Origin: a phage
DNA: 64,000 nt
Reading direction: 5' to 3' (one strand)
Sequence record: PZ379177.1
Position 1 is the stretch's first letter. Every line of letters starts with the position of its first letter. Under the pieces are notes generated by a model that saw nothing but the letters and a program-made list of their open reading frames with translations, had not been told where the DNA came from and searched no databases. Position numbers and translations under genes: made by a program. Of this stretch, positions 20,291 to 29,945 are shown in pieces.

Positions 20291-22666
20291 TCAACCTTGC
20301 TTCGGTGAATTAGTAGGATTATTGAGTGCTCCGTATGCTTGAGAGCAATCACCCTTCAACCACTCCTTGAATGAGTTCACATCTAATTCGTGGATTGAGT
20401 CGAATCCGTTCCAACCGTTACCAAATGATGCTTGATAAGCTTCTTTCGCTTCTTCTGCTGAATCGAATCCAAGCATACACTTGTGTTCATCAAACTCGCC
20501 AGAGTAGTTATCGTTTTGGTTCACGATAAAGACTTTCGGCGACTTCAGATTTGGACCCACAAAGCAGTCGACTTCATCACCGTCTGCGCCCTTGGTGCCC
20601 TTGATGAATCCGTAGTGGTGCGGCATCTTCACGGCCCATTCACCGTCAAGGCTGTTTCCTCTACGAATGCTGTTTCGCGGATTCTCAATGCCAAGAATCA
20701 TTCCGTGCAACTTCATCTTAGGTAATGATGCTGCGTCCATTTTACCCACGTTGTGGCGTAAGTTGACGACGTGTCCTTTAACGCTTGGAAGGGTAGACGG
20801 TTGCACCGACCGTGAATCTTTTTGAGGGTCAAAATCCACATCCTGACCTTCTTTCAGGTAGTAATCCGCAATACCCTCCAGCCCTTCTTTCAACTGCGTT
20901 AGGACATCAACCTGATGGCTTGATTCATCACCGGTATCGTCCATGTTGATTTCGACAGGCGCTTTGTCAGGGTTTTCCGCCAACTCACCACGCGCAGCAC
21001 CCTCTGGCATAATACCTGTTTCGCTATAGAACTGGCCGCCCATCTTAACGACATCAGCTTTCGCCTGTTCAATATCGGCCTTACCTTGCAGGACTTCACC
21101 AGCAGACTTGCCAAGCAATGCCATATTCTCTGGAGACATCCCTGGGGTTTCTTCTGCTGCGTCTTCCGGCAGACGGTTGTAGCCGCTGTTTTTGTCGTCT
21201 TTGATGCGGTCGCGCTCTTCATCAGGAGAAATGACGCCAGCATCAATAAGAGTTTTGCCAGTGTTGGCTCGCTTATCATTGATTTCTGCAAGTTGAGTAG
21301 CAGTAAGTGAGCCAACTGGTTCCCATGCAACCTTAACATCGACATCCACCCCTTCTGATTTGAGAAGGATTTTGTAATGGCGGTCGAGAATTTTTGTCAG
21401 GTCATGCTGCTGGCACGTTTCCAACTCTTCGTGATAGCTGACCATCTCGAATTCACCAGTGGCGTTAAAGCCTTTTGGCGAAGTCCCAAGCAGTTTGGTC
21501 GACGGAACTTTTGCGATTGCGGCCACAAGCTGGTACTGGTTCATGATGATGCTGTCGAAGTCTGACAAGTTGATGTCAAACTGGTCCATCTCTTCTTTTT
21601 GGCCAAGCACTTTGACTGCATAGTTGTCGCGGTACTTGATCCACATCATCAGACGTTCTGCAAAAGACCGCTCATTGGCAATAGCCTTGTCAACGTCGGT
21701 CCGCAGCGTCGTTGTACGCTTGGACATCGCCAGCAATGGCGCTTCGTTGGCGGTACGTTCAGCGGCATAGATGCGTTCATAAATCTGCTGAGTCAGAGGG
21801 ATGCCGCCGTAAATATAAGTCGGCTTGAGAATATCAGCTGGCTCATCGTTGCGCAAGATTATGAGGTGGCTGCGATGATAACGTTGTCCGCTGATTACCC
21901 AATATTCTGGGTCATAGAAGTGCTGTGATGCAGGGTCTGCCGTGTTTTCAGACGTCAGAAACGGCATCATCCAATAAGGGTCAACCTGAATGATTCCCTT
22001 ATAAGACCCCTTTGTCACACCATCAATGTTAAAAGGCTTGCTGTAATATTCTGGGTCATCGCTACGCACATCAAATATGATGACGCGGATACCAAAAATA
22101 TTTTTGAATCGTTCGGCTTCAACTAAGTGCTCTTTGATATTAAATTCTTTATCAATTTGCTTTAGGCGTTCGCTTGCCTGTACTGACAATTCTGACTCAG
22201 AACTGGATTTGACTTCCCAACCTTTACGGACCGCATCGCGGCCTACCATGGAACACGCCTTGTTCACCAGCCAATGCTGTGCGATGATGGCACAAGCTTG
22301 ATAGCCGATGAATGACTGTGACAGATACCAGTTTTGAAGTTGAATAGGTACTGTGTATGGGTTGACTTGCCCTTCTGAACTGATGTTCTTTAAGGCATTA
22401 TCCATAACCTTTTTGGATACTGTTGCGGAATCGACTGAACGACCTTTTATGATTGCAACACCATCGCCATTAATATCAGGCTCATATAAAGGGAAGTCAT
22501 CAACCGTTTTAAAGGTCGGTCGATTGCTTTCAGTCTTTTCCCAGCGTTGACCGCTGCCGCGCCTTTCAAGGCGTTCAAACGGTGCCAATGGGTCGCCTGG
22601 CGGCATCTCCGCTGGTTCGGCTTCTGGTTGCGTCTTCTCCCAGAGTTTTATGCCAAGAATTTTCAT
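20291..22666 (-). CDS. Portal protein with C-terminal inorganic-pyrophosphatase-like domain
   Basis: Large ORF between terminase and the Mu-F-like gene. Track start is TTG at 22699; ATG at 22666 (MKILGIKLW...) with AGGTGG RBS preferred. C-terminal ~150 aa carries MPHHYGFIKGTKGADGDEVDCFVG, which resembles the pyrophosphatase core [24 protein letters not shown]. Confidence 0.65.
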   Translation of the reverse strand: MKILGIKLWEKTQPEAEPAEMPPGDPLAPFERLERRGSGQRWEKTESNRPTFKTVDDFPLYEPDINGDGVAIIKGRSVDSATVSKKVMDNALKNISSEGQVNPYTVPIQLQNWYLSQSFIGYQACAIIAQHWLVNKACSMVGRDAVRKGWEVKSSSESELSVQASERLKQIDKEFNIKEHLVEAERFKNIFGIRVIIFDVRSDDPEYYSKPFNIDGVTKGSYKGIIQVDPYWMMPFLTSENTADPASQHFYDPEYWVISGQRYHRSHLIILRNDEPADILKPTYIYGGIPLTQQIYERIYAAERTANEAPLLAMSKRTTTLRTDVDKAIANERSFAERLMMWIKYRDNYAVKVLGQKEEMDQFDINLSDFDSIIMNQYQLVAAIAKVPSTKLLGTSPKGFNATGEFEMVSYHEELETCQQHDLTKILDRHYKILLKSEGVDVDVKVAWEPVGSLTATQLAEINDKRANTGKTLIDAGVISPDEERDRIKDDKNSGYNRLPEDAAEETPGMSPENMALLGKSAGEVLQGKADIEQAKADVVKMGGQFYSETGIMPEGAARGELAENPDKAPVEINMDDTGDESSHQVDVLTQLKEGLEGIADYYLKEGQDVDFDPQKDSRSVQPSTLPSVKGHVVNLRHNVGKMDAASLPKMKLHGMILGIENPRNSIRRGNSLDGEWAVKMPHHYGFIKGTKGADGDEVDCFVGPNLKSPKVFIVNQNDNYSGEFDEHKCMLGFDSAEEAKEAYQASFGNGWNGFDSIHELDVNSFKEWLKGDCSQAYGALNNPTNSPKQG

Positions 22667-22828
22667 TGTTAACGCCACCTGACAGTGAAAGGGAATCAAT
22701 CTATATTATAAATATTCATGTGTTTGTAAGCAAATGATATGTATGGTGATCATAAATAGTTCATAAAATATTTTGCTTTTGTATCATTTTGAGTTATATT
22801 TTAGTTAACTAAACGAAAGGAGATTGAA

Positions 22829-23245
22829 ATGAGCACAACAATTGTATTTGTCGTCCTACACAACGGCGAAGTCGTTAACGTATGCGAATATGAAGAAATG
22901 GCAAAGGCCACTGCTGCGAGATACGAAGGTGCTACTATTGACCCGTGGATTTTAGATGCGCGCAGCGTCTTGCAGGCGACTTTAGATGAGTGGTTGTTGG
23001 GTCGCAAGGTCTATCCAGTAGACAACATCGACTCAATTCAAGGCGAAACAGTATACTTTGAAGATGAATGCGTTCGCGGCATCGGCAAATTTATGGGATT
23101 ATGTCCATCTTCATCCAAAAATAAATTTTATCGTATTCAAGTTGAAGAAAACGATATGTTTGACAAAGTCACGCGCTCGATTGTTCCTGGCGGCGGCACT
23201 CCAATCTTTATGGCAGAATCAGACATCAAGGGGATTATCAAATGA
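22829..23245 (+). CDS. Hypothetical protein (opposite-strand insert)
   Basis: 138-aa ORF with strong RBS (AAAGGAGATTGAAATG), convergent with terminase. Confidence 0.55.
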   Translation: MSTTIVFVVLHNGEVVNVCEYEEMAKATAARYEGATIDPWILDARSVLQATLDEWLLGRKVYPVDNIDSIQGETVYFEDECVRGIGKFMGLCPSSSKNKFYRIQVEENDMFDKVTRSIVPGGGTPIFMAESDIKGIIK

Positions 23246-23481
23246 GAACTTTAACCGAACTCGATGTTTTGAAAGATGTTGCAGCCGCGCTGGGCGTTGA
23301 AGTCTCCGAAAAGTCGACACTGGGTGCGTTGCGTCGCGATTTACTCGAAGCCGTCGACCGCAACGATTTTGATCGTAAGTGTTTGCAAAAGAAGATTCGA
23401 CAGGCAGTAAGGGCGGGTAAGCGATTCCGTGCCAGGTCGTTTGCCGCAAGAAAACTCGACCTTCAGCACGGAATGCTTTAA
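23242..23481 (+). CDS. Hypothetical basic protein
   Basis: 79-aa ORF overlapping the upstream stop (ATGA); Arg/Lys-rich C-terminus. Confidence 0.5.
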   Translation: MRTLTELDVLKDVAAALGVEVSEKSTLGALRRDLLEAVDRNDFDRKCLQKKIRQAVRAGKRFRARSFAARKLDLQHGML

Positions 23482-23484
23482 TTG

Positions 23485-24945
23485 TCAAAGGTTAGAGAAG
23501 AAGCCGGATGCTGCAACAATTGGTTTCATCAACGCCATGATTGCTGCGTCCGCTTTGTTAGGCGATTTGACTCCACGCTTTGCCATATCCTTTTTCGATT
23601 CAACTTTAAACTTACCAAGCACAGACGTGTCTTTGCGCGGCGCTGACATCTCAAAAAGAAATGTCTCAATTTCTTCCGCAGACCAAGCAGGAATCCCAAG
23701 TTCTGGAATGCCGTCTGTGTCGATGGAAATCAGCTCATCAGTCGGGTATACGGCCTGCCCTGTTGCATACTCATATGTCTTCCTGAATCGTTCGGCAATC
23801 TCAGTCCATTTTTGCGCTTTTATGTTTGCGAAATGGTCTTTATTGAGTATTTCAACGTGTGGTAACTCAAGGAAGACGTCATCAGGATCATCAACAGCAC
23901 CTTGCGCGTTGAACGCATTAAATTCGATTCTTGGGAATGTTGGATTTTCATGGATTGCATACTCATTAAGCTCATCAAATTTTGAACCAGCAAATGCACC
24001 AACACCGATGGCGTCATAGGTAATTGATGCGCCGAATGTTAATGCATCTTTCCAAACTCCGCTTGCGGACTTAAGCAATTCATCTTCCAGACCTTCCCAT
24101 GTCTTGATGCCGCGCAATACGTTGCCCGTGACAAATGCTGTGGCGTTTAAGTCGTCGCCGTCGTCTGCCACGTCAAAGCCTATGCGGTTAGACCCTGACA
24201 AGCTCCATCCCAGCGTAGGGTGTTTGTGTAGGTTTAGCGCGGCCTTGACGAATGCACGGTTTATGACAGACTTGTCGCCGCCTGTCTTCGGTACTCCGCC
24301 ATAAACGTGTTCTGCCTTTTTCGGGTCGCGCTCATACATGCCAGCAATAACGTCCAGCATTGTTTGCGACAAGAATGGATTGTCCTGCCAGTTAATCTTC
24401 TTAACGATGGCGTTCTTCGGCGGTCGCATGACAAAGTTCTGGTAGACGAAATCAGCCTCTTCATCAGGGTTAAATATGATCCATATTTCGGACCCTTCCT
24501 TACGAATTGTCGGCTCAATAATGTCCCACTGCTCTTCAGTCAGCGCGTGCGCTTCCTCAAGCCAAAGAACATCAACGCCTTCTGTTGATTTGATTTCGTC
24601 AACGTTGCGTGCAATACCGTAAAATAAAAATTCAGATTTTGTTCTTTTGTGTTCAATAGAGTTCTTTAATAAGTTGAACTCGTCTTTAAAATCAGAAATC
24701 TCTATTTTGTCTTTTAATAGCGTATATACTGATTCAGAAATCTTGTTCTGGAATTGTCGGACGCAAAGGAATTTTAATTTAAAGTTTGCCGCCAAATAAA
24801 TAGCAAAACCAGCGGCATCATGCGATTTGGAAGATGCACGACCGCCGTATATTACTTTGTATCGCGCTTTCGTCTTCCAGACTTCTCTTAAAGCAGGATT
24901 CAACTGGTACATGACTTTCCAATTATGTGTTAATATTTTATTCAT
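23485..24945 (-). CDS. terL: Terminase large subunit
   Basis: 486 aa. N-terminal Walker A-like VIYGGRASSKSHD, Walker B-like VLWLEEAH, C-terminal acidic nuclease-type region GFDVADDGDD. Adjacent to portal. Confidence 0.9.
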   Translation of the reverse strand: MNKILTHNWKVMYQLNPALREVWKTKARYKVIYGGRASSKSHDAAGFAIYLAANFKLKFLCVRQFQNKISESVYTLLKDKIEISDFKDEFNLLKNSIEHKRTKSEFLFYGIARNVDEIKSTEGVDVLWLEEAHALTEEQWDIIEPTIRKEGSEIWIIFNPDEEADFVYQNFVMRPPKNAIVKKINWQDNPFLSQTMLDVIAGMYERDPKKAEHVYGGVPKTGGDKSVINRAFVKAALNLHKHPTLGWSLSGSNRIGFDVADDGDDLNATAFVTGNVLRGIKTWEGLEDELLKSASGVWKDALTFGASITYDAIGVGAFAGSKFDELNEYAIHENPTFPRIEFNAFNAQGAVDDPDDVFLELPHVEILNKDHFANIKAQKWTEIAERFRKTYEYATGQAVYPTDELISIDTDGIPELGIPAWSAEEIETFLFEMSAPRKDTSVLGKFKVESKKDMAKRGVKSPNKADAAIMALMKPIVAASGFFSNL

Positions 24946-25063
24946 ATTATAGTTTGCTTGCGACAGCTATATCAAGTAAAATTATGATTCCAGCTTAGTA
25001 TTGGATAAAGGGTGATCTTTTCGGCCAGATTCTTTCTGGCCATTTTTTTATCAGGAGTAAATC

Positions 25064-25294
25064 ATGGCCCTAGTAAATATTCAACTCACTCCATCTTACA
25101 CTTCCGTTCTTTCTGTTGCTGAAAACGTATCAGGCGCACTTATTCAAGTTCGCGGCGGTGCCGCAGAGATCTGTTTCGAAGAAAAAGCCGATGACAAGTT
25201 GATCGGAATAGCAGTTGTTGGCACGGTCACAATCCCGCCAGGCGTTGAGATTTTCGCGAAAGGAAGCGGCACATTAGTCGTGTCTTCTCACTAA
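25064..25294 (+). CDS. Hypothetical protein
   Basis: 76-aa ORF with RBS CAGGAGTAAATCATG. Confidence 0.5.
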   Translation: MALVNIQLTPSYTSVLSVAENVSGALIQVRGGAAEICFEEKADDKLIGIAVVGTVTIPPGVEIFAKGSGTLVVSSH

Positions 25295-25383
25295 TCATTT
25301 GCCATGGACGGCATAAATTCACAAAAAGTTTGCCTTTCTGAAACTCTGCATTATAATCATATTAACTCAAAACCGGAGGTAAT

Positions 25384-25599
25384 ATGAAACTAATCGACCG
25401 CGCCATCAAAGTCATTGATAATCACTCCACCGCGCTTGCTTTCGTGATGGGATTTTGTTTCACTGCTGCGTTTGGCGACGTTCACACATTCAAGTCTGTC
25501 ATCTTGTGCTGGTCCATTTGGTCACTTATTTCTCTGGTTTTGATTCTTCCGATGACATGGCTTGTTCTTACTTGTCTGGAATCTCAAGGTGAAGACTGA
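25384..25599 (+). CDS. Small membrane protein (holin-like candidate)
   Basis: 71 aa, two predicted hydrophobic helices; RBS CCGGAGGTAATATG. Confidence 0.5.
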   Translation: MKLIDRAIKVIDNHSTALAFVMGFCFTAAFGDVHTFKSVILCWSIWSLISLVLILPMTWLVLTCLESQGED

Positions 25600-25820
25600 T
25601 GAGGCTATCAATCAAAGAGCGGGCAAAGCGACCCAAAAGGAGTGAGCCAAAGTCCAAATACACATGCATCGGCGGACCATTCGACGGTCAAGTGATGTGG
25701 CTTTCAAAATCTAATCCATCGACGGTTGAGTTCAGCCTTCATGGAATGCGCGGCAGATACCTGCTAAATAGAGAAACAAGTGGCAGTACATTCGTGGAGT
25801 GGAAAGAAAATGGCAAATGA
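25599..25820 (+). CDS. Hypothetical basic protein
   Basis: 73-aa ORF whose start overlaps the upstream stop. Confidence 0.45.
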   Translation: MRLSIKERAKRPKRSEPKSKYTCIGGPFDGQVMWLSKSNPSTVEFSLHGMRGRYLLNRETSGSTFVEWKENGK

Positions 25821-26043
25821 ATTGACTTTAACAGTACCAAAAGAAGTGCTAGACAAGGCATATGCAGATTCTGTAAAAGAATTGGCTGGAGTGCTTGGAA
25901 TTGAAAATGAATTCAACGTTCAGCTGCAATTCCTTAAGGATACTCTTCAGATTAAAGAGAACAGAGAGGCGGGAAGTGGTGCGCCTTTAGCTTTAGCAAT
26001 CCTCTATGCGGGACTTGTTTTGCAATCTGGAGATGAACTGTGA
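25810..26043 (+). CDS. Hypothetical protein
   Basis: Track ORF 25780-26043 trimmed to ATG 25810 (MANELTLTVPKEV...). Confidence 0.45.
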   Translation: MANELTLTVPKEVLDKAYADSVKELAGVLGIENEFNVQLQFLKDTLQIKENREAGSGAPLALAILYAGLVLQSGDEL

Positions 26044-26239
26044 ATCGTTGGTGCAGTTGGAAGTTGAAACGTCTCGCCTGGGCCAATGCCGCCAATTCTG
26101 CTGGCCCAATCACCGCTGGTGTTGGGTCGATATGGGATGGTGAGGGCCGTTGGGACTCGCTGTGTGGCACGCGCTTATTCTTTCGCGTAAAATAATATTC
26201 GCCCTTCCCACATCGGGAAGGGAATTTAAAGAGGTTATC

Positions 26240-26581
26240 ATGAACAACACTTTATCACAACTTCTAATATGGACCATCGCCGCTATCATCGGCACCGTTA
26301 TTATGATGTCAAGTGCAAAGGCCGATACGGATATTTGCGGCAGACTTATGTCTGAGAATGGCGAGATTTATTATGGCAACTCAAAAGGTGATTATATATC
26401 GACTGAAGTTTGCGCTCAGAAGAAAGCAGAAATGCAAAAGCAGTATCATGAAGATCAATCCATATCTCAGGCCGCGCTGATTGAATTAAGTATATCAGCC
26501 ATCATCTTTCTAATCGTTTTTATGCTCATTATTAAACCAAATAATGACAGCAACCGTCATATTCCTCTCAAAAGAAATTAA
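26240..26581 (+). CDS. Secreted/membrane-anchored protein
   Basis: Start set at ATG 26240 with RBS AAGAGG. N-terminal signal-like helix MNNTLSQLLIWTIAAIIGTVIMMSSAKA and a C-terminal hydrophobic helix. Confidence 0.5.
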   Translation: MNNTLSQLLIWTIAAIIGTVIMMSSAKADTDICGRLMSENGEIYYGNSKGDYISTEVCAQKKAEMQKQYHEDQSISQAALIELSISAIIFLIVFMLIIKPNNDSNRHIPLKRN

Positions 26582-26619
26582 GGCTATAATACGGTTGTCG
26601 ACAAAACGAGGACCGTAAA

Positions 26620-28962
26620 ATGCCAAGGCTAATATTCAAAAACAACTTTGAGGTCGCGCTCGCTCAGCCAACGACGACTTCAAACACCACAATCACAATT
26701 CGCTCAGGGTCGGGCTTTCCGACCTTGGGCGCAAACGAGCGTGTAGTGGCGACAATCGTTGACGCTGCAACAGGCCTCCAATTCGAAATCGTCACAGTAA
26801 CAGCCGTTGTTGGAAACGTCCTGACCGTGCAGCGTGCACAAGAAGGAACTGCAGCGCGTGCATGGGCAGCTGGCGATTTACTTTCCATTCGAACAACTGC
26901 CGCGACTTTGACGGGTACTGTCCGAAACTTTGGAGAGATTCCCTCAGGCATCAACCTTAATGCGCTTACTGGCAGCTGGTTCGGTCAGTATTATCAACCT
27001 TCTAGTGGCGCAGCATCAACTGCGCTTAATTACCCACTCCAATCGTCTGGCGTGCTGGAAGTAATTCAAATTTCAGCAAATGCTTGCTCACAAAAATACA
27101 CTACCACAGTAGGTTTTGAATATAATAGAACATTTGATGGCGCATCATGGTCACCTTGGAAGAGGGTTTATAGCGAACTCGATGTAATCCCAGTCTCCAA
27201 CGGTGGTACAGGTCAAACTACCATCCAAGGAATGAAGTCTGCTTTTGGATTCGGGCAAGTCGCTGATCAGAATATTGTTCCTACTTCGATGGGCGGCACA
27301 GGCTCAGCAGACAACGCTCAAGCATGGCTAAATATTCGTCCACAAGGCTCAACACCGCTTGCTGGCGACCCAGTTAACGACTATGATGCGACAACTAAGC
27401 GTTGGGTTGAGAACTTAGTTAACACAGGCACCGTTGGCCCAAGTATGAACGGCGTCATGAACTATGGTGTTGGTGATTTCCATCTTCGCAATAGTAGATC
27501 ATATATTCAGCAATACGAAGTCGTTGCAGACGGGCAATTACTAAACCGTGCTGACTGGCCTGAACTTTGGGCATATGCACAGATGCTTTCACCCATTGCA
27601 GATGCCGATTGGCTTGCGGATAAGTTCAAACGTGCAAAATATTCTTTAGGCAACGGAACAACGACATTCCGTGTCCCAGACCTTAACGGTGTCCAGACAG
27701 GTTCTGTACGGGCGCTGTATGGGCGCGGCGATGGCGGAAACTCCACTGCGAACGGTCAAATATTCGAATCTGCCGCGCCAAACATCACAGGCTCAGCCGC
27801 AGGTGTATCGGCAGGCACTTATGCGCAAATTTTTGGCACAGCCGTCCGAGGTGCTTTTTACACAAACAATGATTTGTACCCTCAAGGCGCTGGCGACACC
27901 ATACCTGTTGGAAGCGGTGCAGTAGAGGGTCGTCTCAATACAATAAATATTGATGCATCCAGATCAAGCCCGATTTATGGAGCAGCAACTGACGAAATCA
28001 TGGGCCGCAACTTTGTAGGCATTTGGGTTATTCGTGCATCGGGCGGATTTGTTGCCGCGAATACGCAATGGCAAGTTATCAATGCTGATGCTGTTCGCCC
28101 AGGGTCTGGAGTGAAGGCATCTTCTGGACAGGTAAAGGCACAATACAAAATTGGGACGACAGTTGAAGCAGAAGCAGGATTGCGAAGCGATGCATACATG
28201 GATGGTATGTATTACGCAATAATGTCTGTCTACAACAAAACAAAAGGTGTTACAAAGGAATTTGCATTTGGCGATGATGGAATGCTGAATGGTGACAGAT
28301 ACACTGCAAGATATGGCACATTGATGGCTTGGAGTGAGACTGGTACTAGAAGGGGAACATTCTCGATTGAGAACCAGTCACTTGCGGCGAACTATGCATT
28401 CAATAGTCTGCTCAGTGGTGGGCAATCGGTATCAGCAGGATATTATACTTCTACACACTTTGGCATGATTCACAATGACGGTGGAAGCTTTGCTCAATCG
28501 TGCTGGCACGTGGTTGGTGACGAAAACAACGGGTATGGTTGCCGATTGGCGATTCAACCAAACAACGATAACATATTCTTTTATCGTTGGGTGCCTGGTG
28601 ATACCGCTACTTATACACTTGCAAAGAATGCTGTGTCTGATGAAAGGCTTAAATCTGATATCACTGATGTCTCTGTTGATAAGGCTTGGGCGAATATTGC
28701 TGCGCTTAACTTTGTTAATTTCGTCTATAAGTCCGATGAACAGCAAAGGTTGCGGCGCGGCATCATAGCACAGCCTACAGAGTTAATTGAGCCTCTTTAT
28801 GTTAAAACTCGTAAATTTTACGACGACAACAATGTGCAACAAGAGCAAAAGGAGCTTGACACAACTCCAATGCTTCTTGACACGATGCACGTGGTTCAGG
28901 AGTTGATGAAAAAGGTTGAGTCACTAGAGGCAGAGATAGCCGCGCTGAAATCAGCAAAATAA
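26620..28962 (+). CDS. Tail fibre/spike with C-terminal intramolecular chaperone (peptidase S74-like) domain
   Basis: 780 aa. C-terminal motif SDERLKSDITDVS...GIIAQPTELIEPLYV followed by a coiled-coil, as in auto-cleaving fibre chaperone domains. Gly/Thr/Ser-rich shaft. Confidence 0.8.
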   Translation: MPRLIFKNNFEVALAQPTTTSNTTITIRSGSGFPTLGANERVVATIVDAATGLQFEIVTVTAVVGNVLTVQRAQEGTAARAWAAGDLLSIRTTAATLTGTVRNFGEIPSGINLNALTGSWFGQYYQPSSGAASTALNYPLQSSGVLEVIQISANACSQKYTTTVGFEYNRTFDGASWSPWKRVYSELDVIPVSNGGTGQTTIQGMKSAFGFGQVADQNIVPTSMGGTGSADNAQAWLNIRPQGSTPLAGDPVNDYDATTKRWVENLVNTGTVGPSMNGVMNYGVGDFHLRNSRSYIQQYEVVADGQLLNRADWPELWAYAQMLSPIADADWLADKFKRAKYSLGNGTTTFRVPDLNGVQTGSVRALYGRGDGGNSTANGQIFESAAPNITGSAAGVSAGTYAQIFGTAVRGAFYTNNDLYPQGAGDTIPVGSGAVEGRLNTINIDASRSSPIYGAATDEIMGRNFVGIWVIRASGGFVAANTQWQVINADAVRPGSGVKASSGQVKAQYKIGTTVEAEAGLRSDAYMDGMYYAIMSVYNKTKGVTKEFAFGDDGMLNGDRYTARYGTLMAWSETGTRRGTFSIENQSLAANYAFNSLLSGGQSVSAGYYTSTHFGMIHNDGGSFAQSCWHVVGDENNGYGCRLAIQPNNDNIFFYRWVPGDTATYTLAKNAVSDERLKSDITDVSVDKAWANIAALNFVNFVYKSDEQQRLRRGIIAQPTELIEPLYVKTRKFYDDNNVQQEQKELDTTPMLLDTMHVVQELMKKVESLEAEIAALKSAK

Positions 28963-28971
28963 TTCACTCAA

Positions 28972-28996
28972 GGCGCTGAAAAGCGCCTTTACTTTA
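28972..28996 (+). terminator. Putative rho-independent terminator after the tail fibre gene
   Basis: Hairpin GGCGCT-GAAA-AGCGCC followed by a T-rich tract. Confidence 0.45.
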
Positions 28997-29043
28997 TGCT
29001 CGATTAAGTTATACTCATTATACGTTAACAAGTGAGGTGGTTC

Positions 29044-29250
29044 ATGGAAATTAAAGTATTGTCCGATTTTGTGAAAAGTATCGAAGCCAAAGGCATGACA
29101 ATCAAGGCCAAAGGCAGTCTCGTTTGCATTGATAAGCAACAAAGCGATCAAAGTATATCACTTGATGATATCAAAACGATGCAAAAGCTCAATAAGAAAG
29201 GTGCTTTGCACGAGTTCTTAACGGATATTGGAGCAGTGGACAATGGATAA
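29044..29250 (+). CDS. Hypothetical protein
   Basis: Track ORF starts at GTG 29032; ATG 29044 preferred (MEIKVLSDF...) with RBS GAGGTGG. Confidence 0.45.
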   Translation: MEIKVLSDFVKSIEAKGMTIKAKGSLVCIDKQQSDQSISLDDIKTMQKLNKKGALHEFLTDIGAVDNG

Positions 29251-29341
29251 AGAGGCACGGCGCTTTGCATTTTGGGGCACGGTTTGTGTTGTCTCCCTGT
29301 TTGGGATAGTTTACGCAATCATTCATGCTGCTGCGGCATAA
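29243..29341 (+). CDS. Small hydrophobic peptide (32 aa)
   Basis: ATG overlaps the upstream stop (ATGGATAA); product MDKEARRFAFWGTVCVVSLFGIVYAIIHAAAA. Below the track cutoff. Confidence 0.3.
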   Translation: MDKEARRFAFWGTVCVVSLFGIVYAIIHAAAA

Positions 29342-29344
29342 ATT

Positions 29345-29740
29345 ATGATCATCGATATTGAAAAGGCGCTTAAGCGTGAACTGACACCAGGCGCAACTCC
29401 TGGTGAAGAAGCCTACTACCGACCAAAGTCGCAACGCACCAATGATATTCCGGTCGCCAAGCGTACAGTGAATAAAAACGGTCAGCGGTCGCGACCGCGC
29501 TCTATCCGGTCCGGTGAGAAGCTGAAAACGATTCGTCAGTGTCTACAACGCCTCGAAATCATGGGTTGTCGCGCTTATATCGACCCTGATGGAAAGGTTC
29601 TGGTGAGAATTGGCAATAGTACACAACTACAAGACGGATTGCCCTGCGGCGAATCCAGACCCATAGCCAAGACCGACCGTGTAGCTACTGGCCGCGAGAT
29701 TGAGGAAAGTTGGTTGGGTGCTTTCTTATTAAAATATTGA
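29345..29740 (+). CDS. Hypothetical basic protein
   Basis: 131-aa ORF, Arg/Lys-rich. Confidence 0.5.
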   Translation: MIIDIEKALKRELTPGATPGEEAYYRPKSQRTNDIPVAKRTVNKNGQRSRPRSIRSGEKLKTIRQCLQRLEIMGCRAYIDPDGKVLVRIGNSTQLQDGLPCGESRPIAKTDRVATGREIEESWLGAFLLKY

Positions 29741-29747
29741 GGATTAT

Positions 29748-29945
29748 GTGAATCAAAATGAATCAGTAGCATTCTTACAATGGCTGGAAGGTGTGGTGGA
29801 GTATTACGCTCCAAAAGACCGCTTCATCTTTCAAGGAAAAAGTTACAAGCGCAAAGGGCAGGCCCAGAAAGCAGCGCGTAAGTACTGGAAGGAAGTTTAT
29901 TCAGAGTTCTTTCAGCAGATGGGCAGCACAGTTGGTATCGATTGA
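29748..29945 (+). CDS. Hypothetical protein
   Basis: 65-aa ORF. Confidence 0.45.
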   Translation: MNQNESVAFLQWLEGVVEYYAPKDRFIFQGKSYKRKGQAQKAARKYWKEVYSEFFQQMGSTVGID

